Assembly (NCBI GenBank): GCA_937873315.1
Contig: CALMQX010000036.1
Coordinates: 89,457-153,456 of the forward strand
Origin: an uncultured Nostocoides sp.
GTDB lineage: Bacteria; Actinomycetota; Actinomycetes; Actinomycetales; Dermatophilaceae
Length of the DNA stretch: 64,000 bases
Reading direction: 5' to 3'
Positions 9,507 through 17,485 of the stretch are shown here, in pieces (positions within the stretch are counted from its first letter, which is position 1; every line of letters begins with the position of its first letter). Below the pieces are notes generated by a model. That model did not search any database and was not told the DNA's origin. It saw only the letters and a program-made list of their open reading frames with translations. The translations under genes and the position numbers were made by a program.

Positions 9507-9711
9507 AGGCGCAGCGAAAGCGGGTCGGCCAGGGTCGGAACTAGCCCCGCGGCCAGCACCAACGCCACAGTCGCGGTAACGGATCGAACTGACGTTCTCA
9601 TGTTTGCGGTCCCTCCGCGCACGCGTGGGCGGCCATGCGTCTTCGACGACGGAAGACTCGGGCTGCGTTGGCTTGCAACCGATTCGTAAACCCACGAATA
9701 CCGAGGCATCG

Positions 9712-10110
9712 ATGGACAGGTTCGCTGTCAAGCGCGACCATGACTGCATCGACGCAGTCGACGGTGGTGGATTTCACCTGAGTCTTGGGAGGATCGGGGT
9801 GTCTGCTCTTTCCGCGCTAAATGCACAGGTCTCAACGAAGTGGCCGGCGCGAACGTTGGCGGCCTCCGGTCTGCTCGTCGCCATAGCCGGCGGGCTGTGG
9901 TGGGCCTGGGACGCCGACCCAGGGTGGGGCCGGGCCTTGGTGCTGATGGGCGTGGTCGTGGTCCTAGCGCCGGCCAGCGCGATGACACGGCGCGTTGCGC
10001 CGTCATGGATCTTGACCATTGTCGGGGCCGTGCTCGCTGTGTTTGCATGCTACGAGGTCGTCCGTGCCATTGCCACGATCCTGTCACAAGGCGCAGCCCA
10101 CAACCTCTGA
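9712..10110 (+). CDS. hypothetical integral membrane protein
   Basis: From ATG 9712 (MDRFAVKRD...) there are three hydrophobic helices (LAASGLLVAIAGGLWWAW, ALVLMGVVVVLAPA, WILTIVGAVLAVFACY). The longer ORF-track start at 9604 has no support. Confidence 0.45.
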   Translation: MDRFAVKRDHDCIDAVDGGGFHLSLGRIGVSALSALNAQVSTKWPARTLAASGLLVAIAGGLWWAWDADPGWGRALVLMGVVVVLAPASAMTRRVAPSWILTIVGAVLAVFACYEVVRAIATILSQGAAHNL

Positions 10111-10312
10111 TCTCAGGGGCCGAACGAGAGATCGGAGATCAGCCCCCGGAAAGGTTCGATCAGTGCGCACACGTGAAACTGCGCAAGTCGCTAGCCCAAT
10201 TACCTGGGGACGGCAGCAACCCGACCCGAAGATGTGGTCACCGAGCCGACGGCTCAGGAGGTCGATGCCAAGACCAATCTCACCGCCACCTCGCCGGGCA
10301 CAGGGCCCGGCG

Positions 10313-10960
10313 TCAAACCCGCTTGGTCTGATACGCCCACATCGCGATCTCAACTCGATTGCGGACACCGAGTTTGGTCATCAACGAGGCGATATGGCTC
10401 TTGACCGTGCTCAGACCGATGAAGAGCTCGGAGGCGATCTCGGCATTGGTGCGGCCGCGGGCGAGCAGCACCAACACCTCTTCCTCGCGTTCGGTGAGGG
10501 GATCGATGGGCTGAGTGGGCGCCTGCACCGCATGATCGACCAGGGTCGTCAGCAGCCGTCGCGTCACATTGGGGGCAATCAGCGCATCCCCCTTCGCGGC
10601 CGCATGCACGGCCTGAATGAGCAGATCTGGCCCCGCGTCCTTGAGCAAGAAGCCACGCGCCCCGGCTCGCAACGCACCCAAGACGTACTCATCCAGGTCG
10701 AAGGTGGTGATCACGACCACCGCCAGCGGATCCGCCACGTCAGGCCCCGCCAACCTGCGAGTGACCTCGACCCCATCGAGCCCGGGCATCCGAATGTCGA
10801 CGAGCAGCACGTCCGGACGCAGCCTGGCGGACACCTCGAGCGCCTGTATGCCGTCGCTCGCCTCCCCGACAACCTCAATGTCGGGCTGGGCGCCCAGGAT
10901 CATGACCAGTCCTGTCCGCACCAGGTCCTGGTCATCGGCTACGACAACGCGAATGCTCAT
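10313..10960 (-). CDS. LuxR/NarL-family response regulator
   Basis: MSIRVVVADDQDLVRTGL...DVLLVDIRMPGLDG receiver plus LTEREEEVLVLLARGRTNAEIASELFIGLSTVKSHI. The ATG overlaps the kinase stop (ATGA at 10958-10962). Confidence 0.9.
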   Translation of the reverse strand: MSIRVVVADDQDLVRTGLVMILGAQPDIEVVGEASDGIQALEVSARLRPDVLLVDIRMPGLDGVEVTRRLAGPDVADPLAVVVITTFDLDEYVLGALRAGARGFLLKDAGPDLLIQAVHAAAKGDALIAPNVTRRLLTTLVDHAVQAPTQPIDPLTEREEEVLVLLARGRTNAEIASELFIGLSTVKSHIASLMTKLGVRNRVEIAMWAYQTKRV

Positions 10961-12096
10961 CACGAAACCTGCACCGGAAGAACGGCTTCCACGATCCACC
11001 CGCCAACTGGCCCGGGTCCGGCCGAGAGCGATCCGCCCAAGAGTTGGGCGCGCTCGGTCATCCCGGTGACACCGAATCCGGGCGGTGGGGCCGAGCCGGT
11101 CTGGCTGCGGCCATCGTCGATCACGCGAAGCCTGAGGTCATCGCCCACACGGTACAGCTCGATGTCGACGCGGGTCGCGCCCGGTGCATGGCGGACGGCA
11201 TTGGTGAGTGACTCCTGCGCGATCCGATAGACCGCGGAGTCCACGGGTCCAGGCAGTCCGCTGACATCGCCGGTGACTGAGACCTCTACGTGCAGTTGAG
11301 CGACGCTGCGCGCCAGGGCGGCAAGGTCGCCGACCCCCGGCTGTGGCGCGTAGGTGTCCCAGCCGTCCTCACGCAGCACCCGCACCATCGCCCGCATCTC
11401 CGCCAGCGTGCGGGTCGCCTCGACCTCGATCGTGGCCAGCACCTGCGCCGCTTGCGCGGGTTGAGCGTGAACCACGACTCCGCCGGCCTGAGCCTGCACG
11501 GCAATGGCCGAGACATGATGAGCAACGGTGTCGTGCAATTCGCGGGCAAGGGCTAGCCGCTCCTGATTGCGAATCTCCAGGCGCTGGCGTTGCGCGAGAT
11601 CGGCGCGCGCGCGGAATACCGCTGCGAGAGAGACGATGAGGAGCAGGAGCAGGCTGCCCCCGATGAGGTCCGGCAGGCCAGCCCTGGCGGCATACATGCC
11701 CAGCACCACCATGGCGATGACCCAGATCAGACCCTGGACGATCTCGCGCCCCGCGCCCCAACGGACCAGGGAGTAGAGCAGGATCAACACGACCATCATC
11801 GAGGAGGGGCCGAGATCCGTTGTGCCGGTGGCCAGTTGGACGGCCGCCAACAGGCCCGCGGCCCCAAAGCCAACCAGAACGGCCGGTAGTGGGTGGCTTC
11901 GACGCCACAAGAGAGCGGGAATCACCGCCATGGCCAGCAGGATGACGTAGAGCCGGCCGGGCAACTCTGGACGCGCAATGCCCTCGATCAGTGCGGCGGC
12001 TTCGAAAGCGGCGACCAGCAGCCAGTCGGCACGCCCCATCGGGGGCGCGCCGGCGGGCCGTGGCTCGCGCGCGATAGCGCGCCAGATGGCTCTCAT
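10960..12096 (-). CDS. sensor histidine kinase (HisKA_3 / NarX-DesK type)
   Basis: Multi-TM N-terminus. H-box RELHDTVAHHVSAIAVQAQ. HATPase tail LTNAVRHA...GFGVTGMTERA. Confidence 0.9.
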   Translation of the reverse strand: MRAIWRAIAREPRPAGAPPMGRADWLLVAAFEAAALIEGIARPELPGRLYVILLAMAVIPALLWRRSHPLPAVLVGFGAAGLLAAVQLATGTTDLGPSSMMVVLILLYSLVRWGAGREIVQGLIWVIAMVVLGMYAARAGLPDLIGGSLLLLLIVSLAAVFRARADLAQRQRLEIRNQERLALARELHDTVAHHVSAIAVQAQAGGVVVHAQPAQAAQVLATIEVEATRTLAEMRAMVRVLREDGWDTYAPQPGVGDLAALARSVAQLHVEVSVTGDVSGLPGPVDSAVYRIAQESLTNAVRHAPGATRVDIELYRVGDDLRLRVIDDGRSQTGSAPPPGFGVTGMTERAQLLGGSLSAGPGPVGGWIVEAVLPVQVS

Positions 12097-12105
12097 CCCT
12101 TCAGG

Positions 12106-12549
12106 CTAGGCAGTGCCGCGGCCGGGAGCCCACTTCTGCGCCGAGCGCAGGATGAACACCAAGAGGATCAGTTCAAGAGCGAAGCCGAGACCGTGGTAGT
12201 ACGGCCAGTCCCCGCCGACCAGGTTGAACGCCATCCAGGGAGTGAGCAGGGTGGCCACGACGAGATTTGTTATCCGGTTAGCCCGTGCGGGCAGGGTTGT
12301 CGAAAGCAGGATCATCATGGTCGGGACTCCCGAGGCGGCCAGCGCGCTGACAAAGAAGGGTTGGGAGATGTCGAACTCCCACACCTTGCCCTCGAGGATG
12401 CCGGCCACTGCGCCAGGCTTGAAGAAGCCAAGGACATCGACATAGATGTACAAACACATGAAGCTGGCCCAGGCCGCAGCCAACTTCACTTGGATGGGGA
12501 CCTGCTGCTCGATGCGCGCGGTCGGGGTGACTGATGTCTGTGTGGTCAT
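12106..12549 (-). CDS. small 4-TM membrane protein (DUF6326-like), first gene of the kinase/regulator operon
   Basis: 147 aa with hydrophobic helices. It ends 9 nt before the kinase start, on the same strand. Confidence 0.6.
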   Translation of the reverse strand: MTTQTSVTPTARIEQQVPIQVKLAAAWASFMCLYIYVDVLGFFKPGAVAGILEGKVWEFDISQPFFVSALAASGVPTMMILLSTTLPARANRITNLVVATLLTPWMAFNLVGGDWPYYHGLGFALELILLVFILRSAQKWAPGRGTA

Positions 12550-12769
12550 CGGGGCGAGTCCTTCGTGGTGTTGTCAATGAGTGGTTCCACCACGATCGCG
12601 TGGACTGCGGGTGGGGTCATCCGCCCGCAGGCTCGACTCTGACCGGCCGAACGTAGGGTGTGCTGGCTCGCCTTTCGGCTGGATCGCGCCGGTGCGGCCA
12701 CCGTAAGGGTCCGGCACGTGCCGCATAAATGATCGGGGGCCACGGTGCCCTTCCGCCTAGTCTGAGGGC

Positions 12770-12991
12770 ATGCCGGGGCCCGAGGGATTCCAGTACGTCG
12801 TTCGCGGGGGCGAGGTGGTCATCACTCACCACAACGCGAAGGCCACAGTGCTGCGCGGCGCCAAGGCTCAAGACTTCCTCGACGACGTCGAGGTTCAAGA
12901 CCCGCAAGAGCTGATGGCTCGACTCACGGGGAACTATCGGCGCGGCAATGAGCGCCAGGCCCGCCAACATCCCCGCAACCGCGGACGATAA
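12770..12991 (+). CDS. conserved small hypothetical protein
   Basis: 73-aa ORF: FQYVVRGGEVVITHHNAKATVLRGAKAQDFL...LMARLTGNYRRGNER. It resembles a small actinobacterial family I recall but cannot name. Confidence 0.5.
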   Translation: MPGPEGFQYVVRGGEVVITHHNAKATVLRGAKAQDFLDDVEVQDPQELMARLTGNYRRGNERQARQHPRNRGR

Positions 12992-13013
12992 CTCCCCAAG
13001 GCCCGAGCGTCGG

Positions 13014-13250
13014 CTACGCCAGCGGGTTCACCCACGGCACCCCAGGAAAGCGACCGATGTCGGCGTCATTGGAGTGAACCGTGCCGCCGAACTCCAGCGC
13101 GTATGCCGCGAGTTGCGCGTCCGTGGTGAGGTTGGCGCCGGTCCCCACGGTCGCGAGAAGCTCGAGCGTCAGGCGCACATGCTCCACGCCCGCCCAGGCT
13201 CGAATTTGCGCCCGTTCGACGGATCCGCGGTCACTCGGGAAGGTGAAAGC
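13014..13250 (-). pseudogene. VapC (PIN-domain) toxin, C-terminal remnant
   Basis: Reverse frame reads ...RAQIRAWAGVEHVRLTLELLATVGTGANLTTDAQLAAYALEFGGTVHSNDADIGRFPGVPWVNPLA*. This is the typical last half of a VapC ribonuclease. The N-terminal half is missing, there is no usable start, and no antitoxin gene is present. Confidence 0.5.
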
Positions 13251-13617
13251 TCAGCTCCCAGGCATGCCCGTTGGCGGTATCCAACTCCAGCGAGCCACTG
13301 ATGCCCACCAACTCGCCGGTGCCCGAACCCGGCGCGATCGAGTAGTCCAAGGTGATCCCGTCGCTGGCCATGAGACCCCGCTGAAGCAGAACAAATCCGC
13401 CGTCGCGGCCGAACAGCGACCCGCGAACCGTCTCGATGGCGACATAACCGGCCGCACCCGCAGCGGGATCACCAGCAGAGAACATCGCGCCGGCTCCCTC
13501 GGCCGAGAGGTCACCGGTCCAGGTCTTGACGAAGTCGAATCGACCCGTGCCGTCCAGCACCGCCTCCTGCGGGGTCATGGTGATCTCGAAGTTCCCCCGT
13601 GCCTTGAGTTCGCTCAT
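13231..13617 (-). CDS. DUF3224 domain protein
   Basis: 128 aa: ARGNFEITMTPQE...FVKTWTGDLSAEGAGAMFSAGDPAAGAAGYVAIETVRGSLFGRDGGFVL, matching my recollection of DUF3224. Confidence 0.7.
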   Translation of the reverse strand: MSELKARGNFEITMTPQEAVLDGTGRFDFVKTWTGDLSAEGAGAMFSAGDPAAGAAGYVAIETVRGSLFGRDGGFVLLQRGLMASDGITLDYSIAPGSGTGELVGISGSLELDTANGHAWELSFHLPE

Positions 13618-13691
13618 GCGGCCAACCTAGCGACCCCTGGTGACAACGCACTGTGGCACGTGTTGACCATGGATCGACATACCGGCGCTGG

Positions 13692-14264
13692 TCACGGCAC
13701 GGCCATTCCGCCCCAGCCGGCAACATCACGGTGCCCGTCGTCATTGCACCCGGCGGCCAGCACCGTCTCAACCGCACACAGGCCCAACGTATGCCGGGAA
13801 CCCGCCGCCACCATCACGACCTCGCGACACCCGCTCACGCCACACTGCCCGTCGCGATTGTCGCCCGTGGCGATGACCCGACCGTGACCGGTGAGGCCGG
13901 TCCAGCCGGATACGGCGCACTGACCTCGGCGATTGATCCCGGTGGCCACGGCAGTCCCGACGGAGCACACCCCGACCGAGTGCCAGTCCCCGCAGGCAAG
14001 GGCAACAATCTCACGCCAGCCCTCGACCGCGCAGGCACCCTCGTTCGCCCTCCCGGCAGCAACCACCTTGCCGTCACCGCGCCAGCCCAGCGTCCGATGC
14101 CACCCTGCCGCGATCCCCACGACATCAGACCAGTTCGCCACATCGCACTGGCCGTCGTCATTCCAGCCCGTGGCCGGGACAGTCCCGCCTCGGGTCAAGC
14201 CCACGGTGTGCGATCGGCCCGTATTGCTGAAGGTGTGCACCTTGGCTGCGGCCACCGCGACCAC
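13692..14264 (-). CDS. RCC1-repeat (beta-propeller) protein, shortened paralogue of 46584-47568
   Basis: Repeats of the type AAG.N..GQC.V.GW..VV.IAAG..HT.GL..DG (NDDGQCDVANW, RRGQCAVSGW, NRDGQCGVSG). One blade carries a ~10-codon deletion, and the last GQC is changed to GHR. The ORF begins abruptly 13 nt from the TetR stop. Confidence 0.6.
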   Translation of the reverse strand: MVAVAAAKVHTFSNTGRSHTVGLTRGGTVPATGWNDDGQCDVANWSDVVGIAAGWHRTLGWRGDGKVVAAGRANEGACAVEGWREIVALACGDWHSVGVCSVGTAVATGINRRGQCAVSGWTGLTGHGRVIATGDNRDGQCGVSGCREVVMVAAGSRHTLGLCAVETVLAAGCNDDGHRDVAGWGGMAVP

Positions 14265-14276
14265 GTCCGCCCTGCG

Positions 14277-14858
14277 TCACCCGCGGCAGGCGGCCCATAC
14301 GAGCCCGGCAACCCTCGACGCCCAGTCGACAGGCACCGACCCGCCCGCGACATGGATCGCATACCAGGACCCGGTCAAAAAGGTGCCAGCAACCTCAAGA
14401 TCGGCATCGCGTCGCAACTGGCCCCCCGCAATGCCCCGCTGAAGCACGTCGGCGATTCGGGCGCGGCGAGGTCCGACGACGCGCTCGAGATAGGCATCCC
14501 GCACGGCGGAGTCGACCTGCTGGGCAAGGACGAGCCCAGCGAGCGGAAGCGCGCCCGCCTCGGTGATGCAATGCGCGAAGTCCTCGAGTTCTGCAACGAG
14601 GTCGCCATACGGATCGCCGGTCGGGACGGGCGGCTCGGTCTCGGCAAGCCGGGCGACGGCATCGACTACCAGTGCCGTCTTGTCTTCCCAGCGCCGGTAG
14701 ACCGCGGGGCGGGTTGTGCCAGCGGCCTCGGCCACGGAGGCGATCGAGAATGCGGCATACCCCTTGGTTGCCAGCTCGTCGAGGGCGGCATCGAGGACTT
14801 CTCGGTCGATAGTTGCGTTGCGCGGTCGTCCTGCAGTGGCGCGCGGTGGGGTGGACAC
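14277..14858 (-). CDS. TetR family transcriptional regulator
   Basis: 193 aa. HTH: REVLDAALDELATKGYAAFSIASVAEAAGTTRPAVYRRWEDK. Confidence 0.85.
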   Translation of the reverse strand: MSTPPRATAGRPRNATIDREVLDAALDELATKGYAAFSIASVAEAAGTTRPAVYRRWEDKTALVVDAVARLAETEPPVPTGDPYGDLVAELEDFAHCITEAGALPLAGLVLAQQVDSAVRDAYLERVVGPRRARIADVLQRGIAGGQLRRDADLEVAGTFLTGSWYAIHVAGGSVPVDWASRVAGLVWAACRG

Positions 14859-14949
14859 GCCCCAATGTTACGTGTCGGTGGCGTATTGCATAAGGGGATC
14901 CCTTCAGGTATGTTCCAATCCGTTCCAGTTTCGTAATGAAAGGCTTCCA

Positions 14950-15666
14950 GTGCCCACCCCACGCATTCTCATCGTCGCTTCAAACCCGGCCGTATCGGAG
15001 CAAACCGGTTGGCCCATCGGGTTCTGGTGGGCCGAGCTCACCCACCCCTACCTCGTGTTTGCCGATGCCGGCTACGACATCACCATCGCCAGCCCCGACG
15101 GCGGTGCACTGCGTGCCGACTCCTGGTCCGACCCCTCTGACGAATCCGGCTACTCCGCATCAGACATCATTTCGCGCGGATTCATCGCGAGCCCCGAGCA
15201 CGCGGCGCTCACTGCCCAAACCCCGAGTCTCGCCGAACTCGACCTCGACAGCTTCGACGCGGTCTTCCTCGTGGGCGGGCAGGCGCCGATGTACACCTTC
15301 CGGCACGATGCACGGGTCAAGGATCTCGTGGCCCGCTTCCTAGACGCTGACAAGATCGCCGCGGTGGTCTGCCACGCCACCTGCATTCTGCTCGACGCGA
15401 CGATGCCCGATGGATCCCTCATCGTCGCCGACCGCACCTGGACCGGCTTCGCCAACAGCGAGGAGGAGGTCGCCGACGAGTTCGTCGGCCGCACCATCCA
15501 GCCCTTCCGCATCGAGGACGAGGCTCGCGCTATGAGCGGCACGAACTTCATCGTCCACCGGGCCTTCGCGGCGCACGCGGTCCGCGACGGCAACCTTGTC
15601 ACCGGACAGCAGCAGCACTCCGGCGCAGCCGCCGCGCGGCTCGTTGTCGAAGCTCTGGGCCGATGA
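14950..15666 (+). CDS. DJ-1/PfpI-type class-I glutamine amidotransferase-like protein
   Basis: Starts at GTG 14950 (VPTPRILIVAS...). FLVGGQAPMYTF and nucleophile-elbow AAVCHATCILL are seen. The ORF-track start at 14716 would overlap the TetR gene antisense. Confidence 0.8.
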   Translation: MPTPRILIVASNPAVSEQTGWPIGFWWAELTHPYLVFADAGYDITIASPDGGALRADSWSDPSDESGYSASDIISRGFIASPEHAALTAQTPSLAELDLDSFDAVFLVGGQAPMYTFRHDARVKDLVARFLDADKIAAVVCHATCILLDATMPDGSLIVADRTWTGFANSEEEVADEFVGRTIQPFRIEDEARAMSGTNFIVHRAFAAHAVRDGNLVTGQQQHSGAAAARLVVEALGR

Positions 15667-16319
15667 GTCAAGCCCACGTCGCCGTTCTCGGCCACGGGCG
15701 CGTCGGTACCGCCATGGCTCGCGCCTTGCGCGCGGCTGGGCGTGAGGTCGTGGTCGGCGCCGACGCCCCACGTCTGGACCGGGCTCTGGACGTCCTATCC
15801 CGCGACCCCGGCCTGGCCGGGGTCGCGGCGCGGCCGGCCTCAGAAGCCGTCGACGGCGCGGACATGGTCCTGCTCGCGATCCCCACTGGGGCACTCCCCT
15901 CCGCGCTCGCGCCTCTGGAGCGACTGCTTGCCGGCCGCACGATCATCGACGCAACCAACCCCGTTGGCCCGGGCTTCACCCACGCCCTCGCGCGGGGTTC
16001 CGGCGCCGAACAGGTGGCCGCCATCGTTCCCGAAGCCCACGTGGTCAAGGCGTTCAACATCTACGGCGTCGAGAACCTGGCTGGCGTGCCGACCTCGCCG
16101 GGGACGACGAGCCCGCTGATGCCCTACGCCGGGGACGATGCCACTGCGAAGGCCCGCGTGGCGCAACTCGCCGCAGATCTTGGCTGGGCTCCGCTCGATG
16201 TTGGCCCCTTGTCCGCGGCTGTGGACCTTGAACACTTGGCACTGCTGTGGATCCGGCTCGTGCGCAGCGGCGGCCACGACCCGCACCTGGTGTGGACGGC
16301 GCGGCAATGGGCCGGCTGA
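15663..16319 (+). CDS. NADP oxidoreductase, F420-dependent (NADPH-dependent F420 reductase-like)
   Basis: VAVLGHGRVGTAMARAL Rossmann ... IIDATNP ... VVKAFN ... GDDATAKARVAQLAADLGWAPLDVGPL. Start overlaps the previous stop by 4 nt. Confidence 0.75.
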   Translation: MSQAHVAVLGHGRVGTAMARALRAAGREVVVGADAPRLDRALDVLSRDPGLAGVAARPASEAVDGADMVLLAIPTGALPSALAPLERLLAGRTIIDATNPVGPGFTHALARGSGAEQVAAIVPEAHVVKAFNIYGVENLAGVPTSPGTTSPLMPYAGDDATAKARVAQLAADLGWAPLDVGPLSAAVDLEHLALLWIRLVRSGGHDPHLVWTARQWAG

Positions 16320-16339
16320 GCGCGTCCGGACCGGGGGCC

Positions 16340-17485
16340 ATGATGCGAGATCACGCGATCCGGGAGCGTCCATCCACGCCACTCGAACTGCTCTTCGACC
16401 TCTGCTTCGTCGTGGCCGTCGCGGCCTTAGCTGGCGAGTTGCATCACGGTCTCGGGGCAGGTCACGCCGTCGAGGCGAGCCTGGCCTACGGCTTGATCTT
16501 CGTCCCGATCTGGTGGGCTTGGATGAGTTACACGTGGTTCGCCACTGCCTTCTCCCACGACGACACCGTGACCCGACTGCTCACTTTTGCGCAGATGGGC
16601 GGGATTCTTGCAGTCTCAGCGGCCGTCCCGTCCGCCTTCGAGGGGCACGTGGTGCCCTTCGCGCTGACCTATTCCGTGATGCGGGTGCCGCTGATCGTGC
16701 AGTGGCTGCGATCGGCGGCCGCCGACTCGGCCCACCGGGGTTTCGCCCTGACCTATGCCGCAGGCTCGACGCTGGCCCAGGTGTTGTGGGTGGCCGGCGC
16801 CCTTGTCGGGGGTCGGGTCGGGGCAGGGGTGCTCGTAGGGGCGTTGGGAGTCGAACTGGCCACTCCGATGCTGGCCGTCCGCCGCTCGCCCGACCGGGTA
16901 TTCCACCCTCGCCATATCGCTGAGCGGTACGGGCTATTTACCCTCATCGTGCTCGGCGAGAGCATCCTTGCCGTGACCTCGGGGCTGTTACCGGTCGTCG
17001 AAGGCCGCGCCCCAGTCGTCGGCGGCATCGTCATCGTCGGCTGCGCCCTGGTCGTCGCTGCCGCTGTGTGGTGGGCGTACTTCGGCACACTCGGCACCGA
17101 CGCTCTCGAGCGGCACCGCCGGGCTGCCTTCCTCTGGGGCTACGGCCACTACGTCGTCTTCGCTGCGGTCGCGGCCATCGGCGCCGGAATCCGCGCTGTC
17201 ATCGACAGCCTCACCCTCAGCACGCATCCTGCCCCTGCAGGCACAGTGGTCACCGCCGCAGCCGCCGCGCTCGCCATGCTCGCGCTGGGAGGGCTGGCGC
17301 GAACTGCCGACGCAGGGATCGGGACCACCCCGCCATTTGTGAGTGCCGCGGTGCTCGCCGCCACCGCCCTCGCCGCGCCAGCCCTCGGGCCCTTCATCGC
17401 CCTTCCCGTTACCGCCCTGACCCTGGTCGCGGTGGCCGTGACCACGGGGAGAGTGAATCGTCCCCACCGGGACCGAACGGACTAG
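16340..17485 (+). CDS. LtrA (low temperature requirement A) family membrane protein
   Basis: From ATG 16340: MMRDHAIRERPSTPLELLFDLCFVVAVAAL, then about 10 TM helices. The earlier ORF-track start overlaps the previous gene. Confidence 0.8.
   Translation: MMRDHAIRERPSTPLELLFDLCFVVAVAALAGELHHGLGAGHAVEASLAYGLIFVPIWWAWMSYTWFATAFSHDDTVTRLLTFAQMGGILAVSAAVPSAFEGHVVPFALTYSVMRVPLIVQWLRSAAADSAHRGFALTYAAGSTLAQVLWVAGALVGGRVGAGVLVGALGVELATPMLAVRRSPDRVFHPRHIAERYGLFTLIVLGESILAVTSGLLPVVEGRAPVVGGIVIVGCALVVAAAVWWAYFGTLGTDALERHRRAAFLWGYGHYVVFAAVAAIGAGIRAVIDSLTLSTHPAPAGTVVTAAAAALAMLALGGLARTADAGIGTTPPFVSAAVLAATALAAPALGPFIALPVTALTLVAVAVTTGRVNRPHRDRTD

Noticed and set aside
10107-10142. CTGATCTC ... GAGATCAG inverted repeat at the stop codon of the 9712-10110 gene, considered as a terminator
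   Set aside because: It has an 8-bp stem with a 20-nt loop and no U-tract. That is too weak to call.
13081-14936. 268-aa and 427-aa plus-strand ORFs spanning the DUF3224, RCC1 and TetR loci
   Set aside because: They are antisense to three genes with clear family signatures. They are Pro/Arg-rich with no domain.
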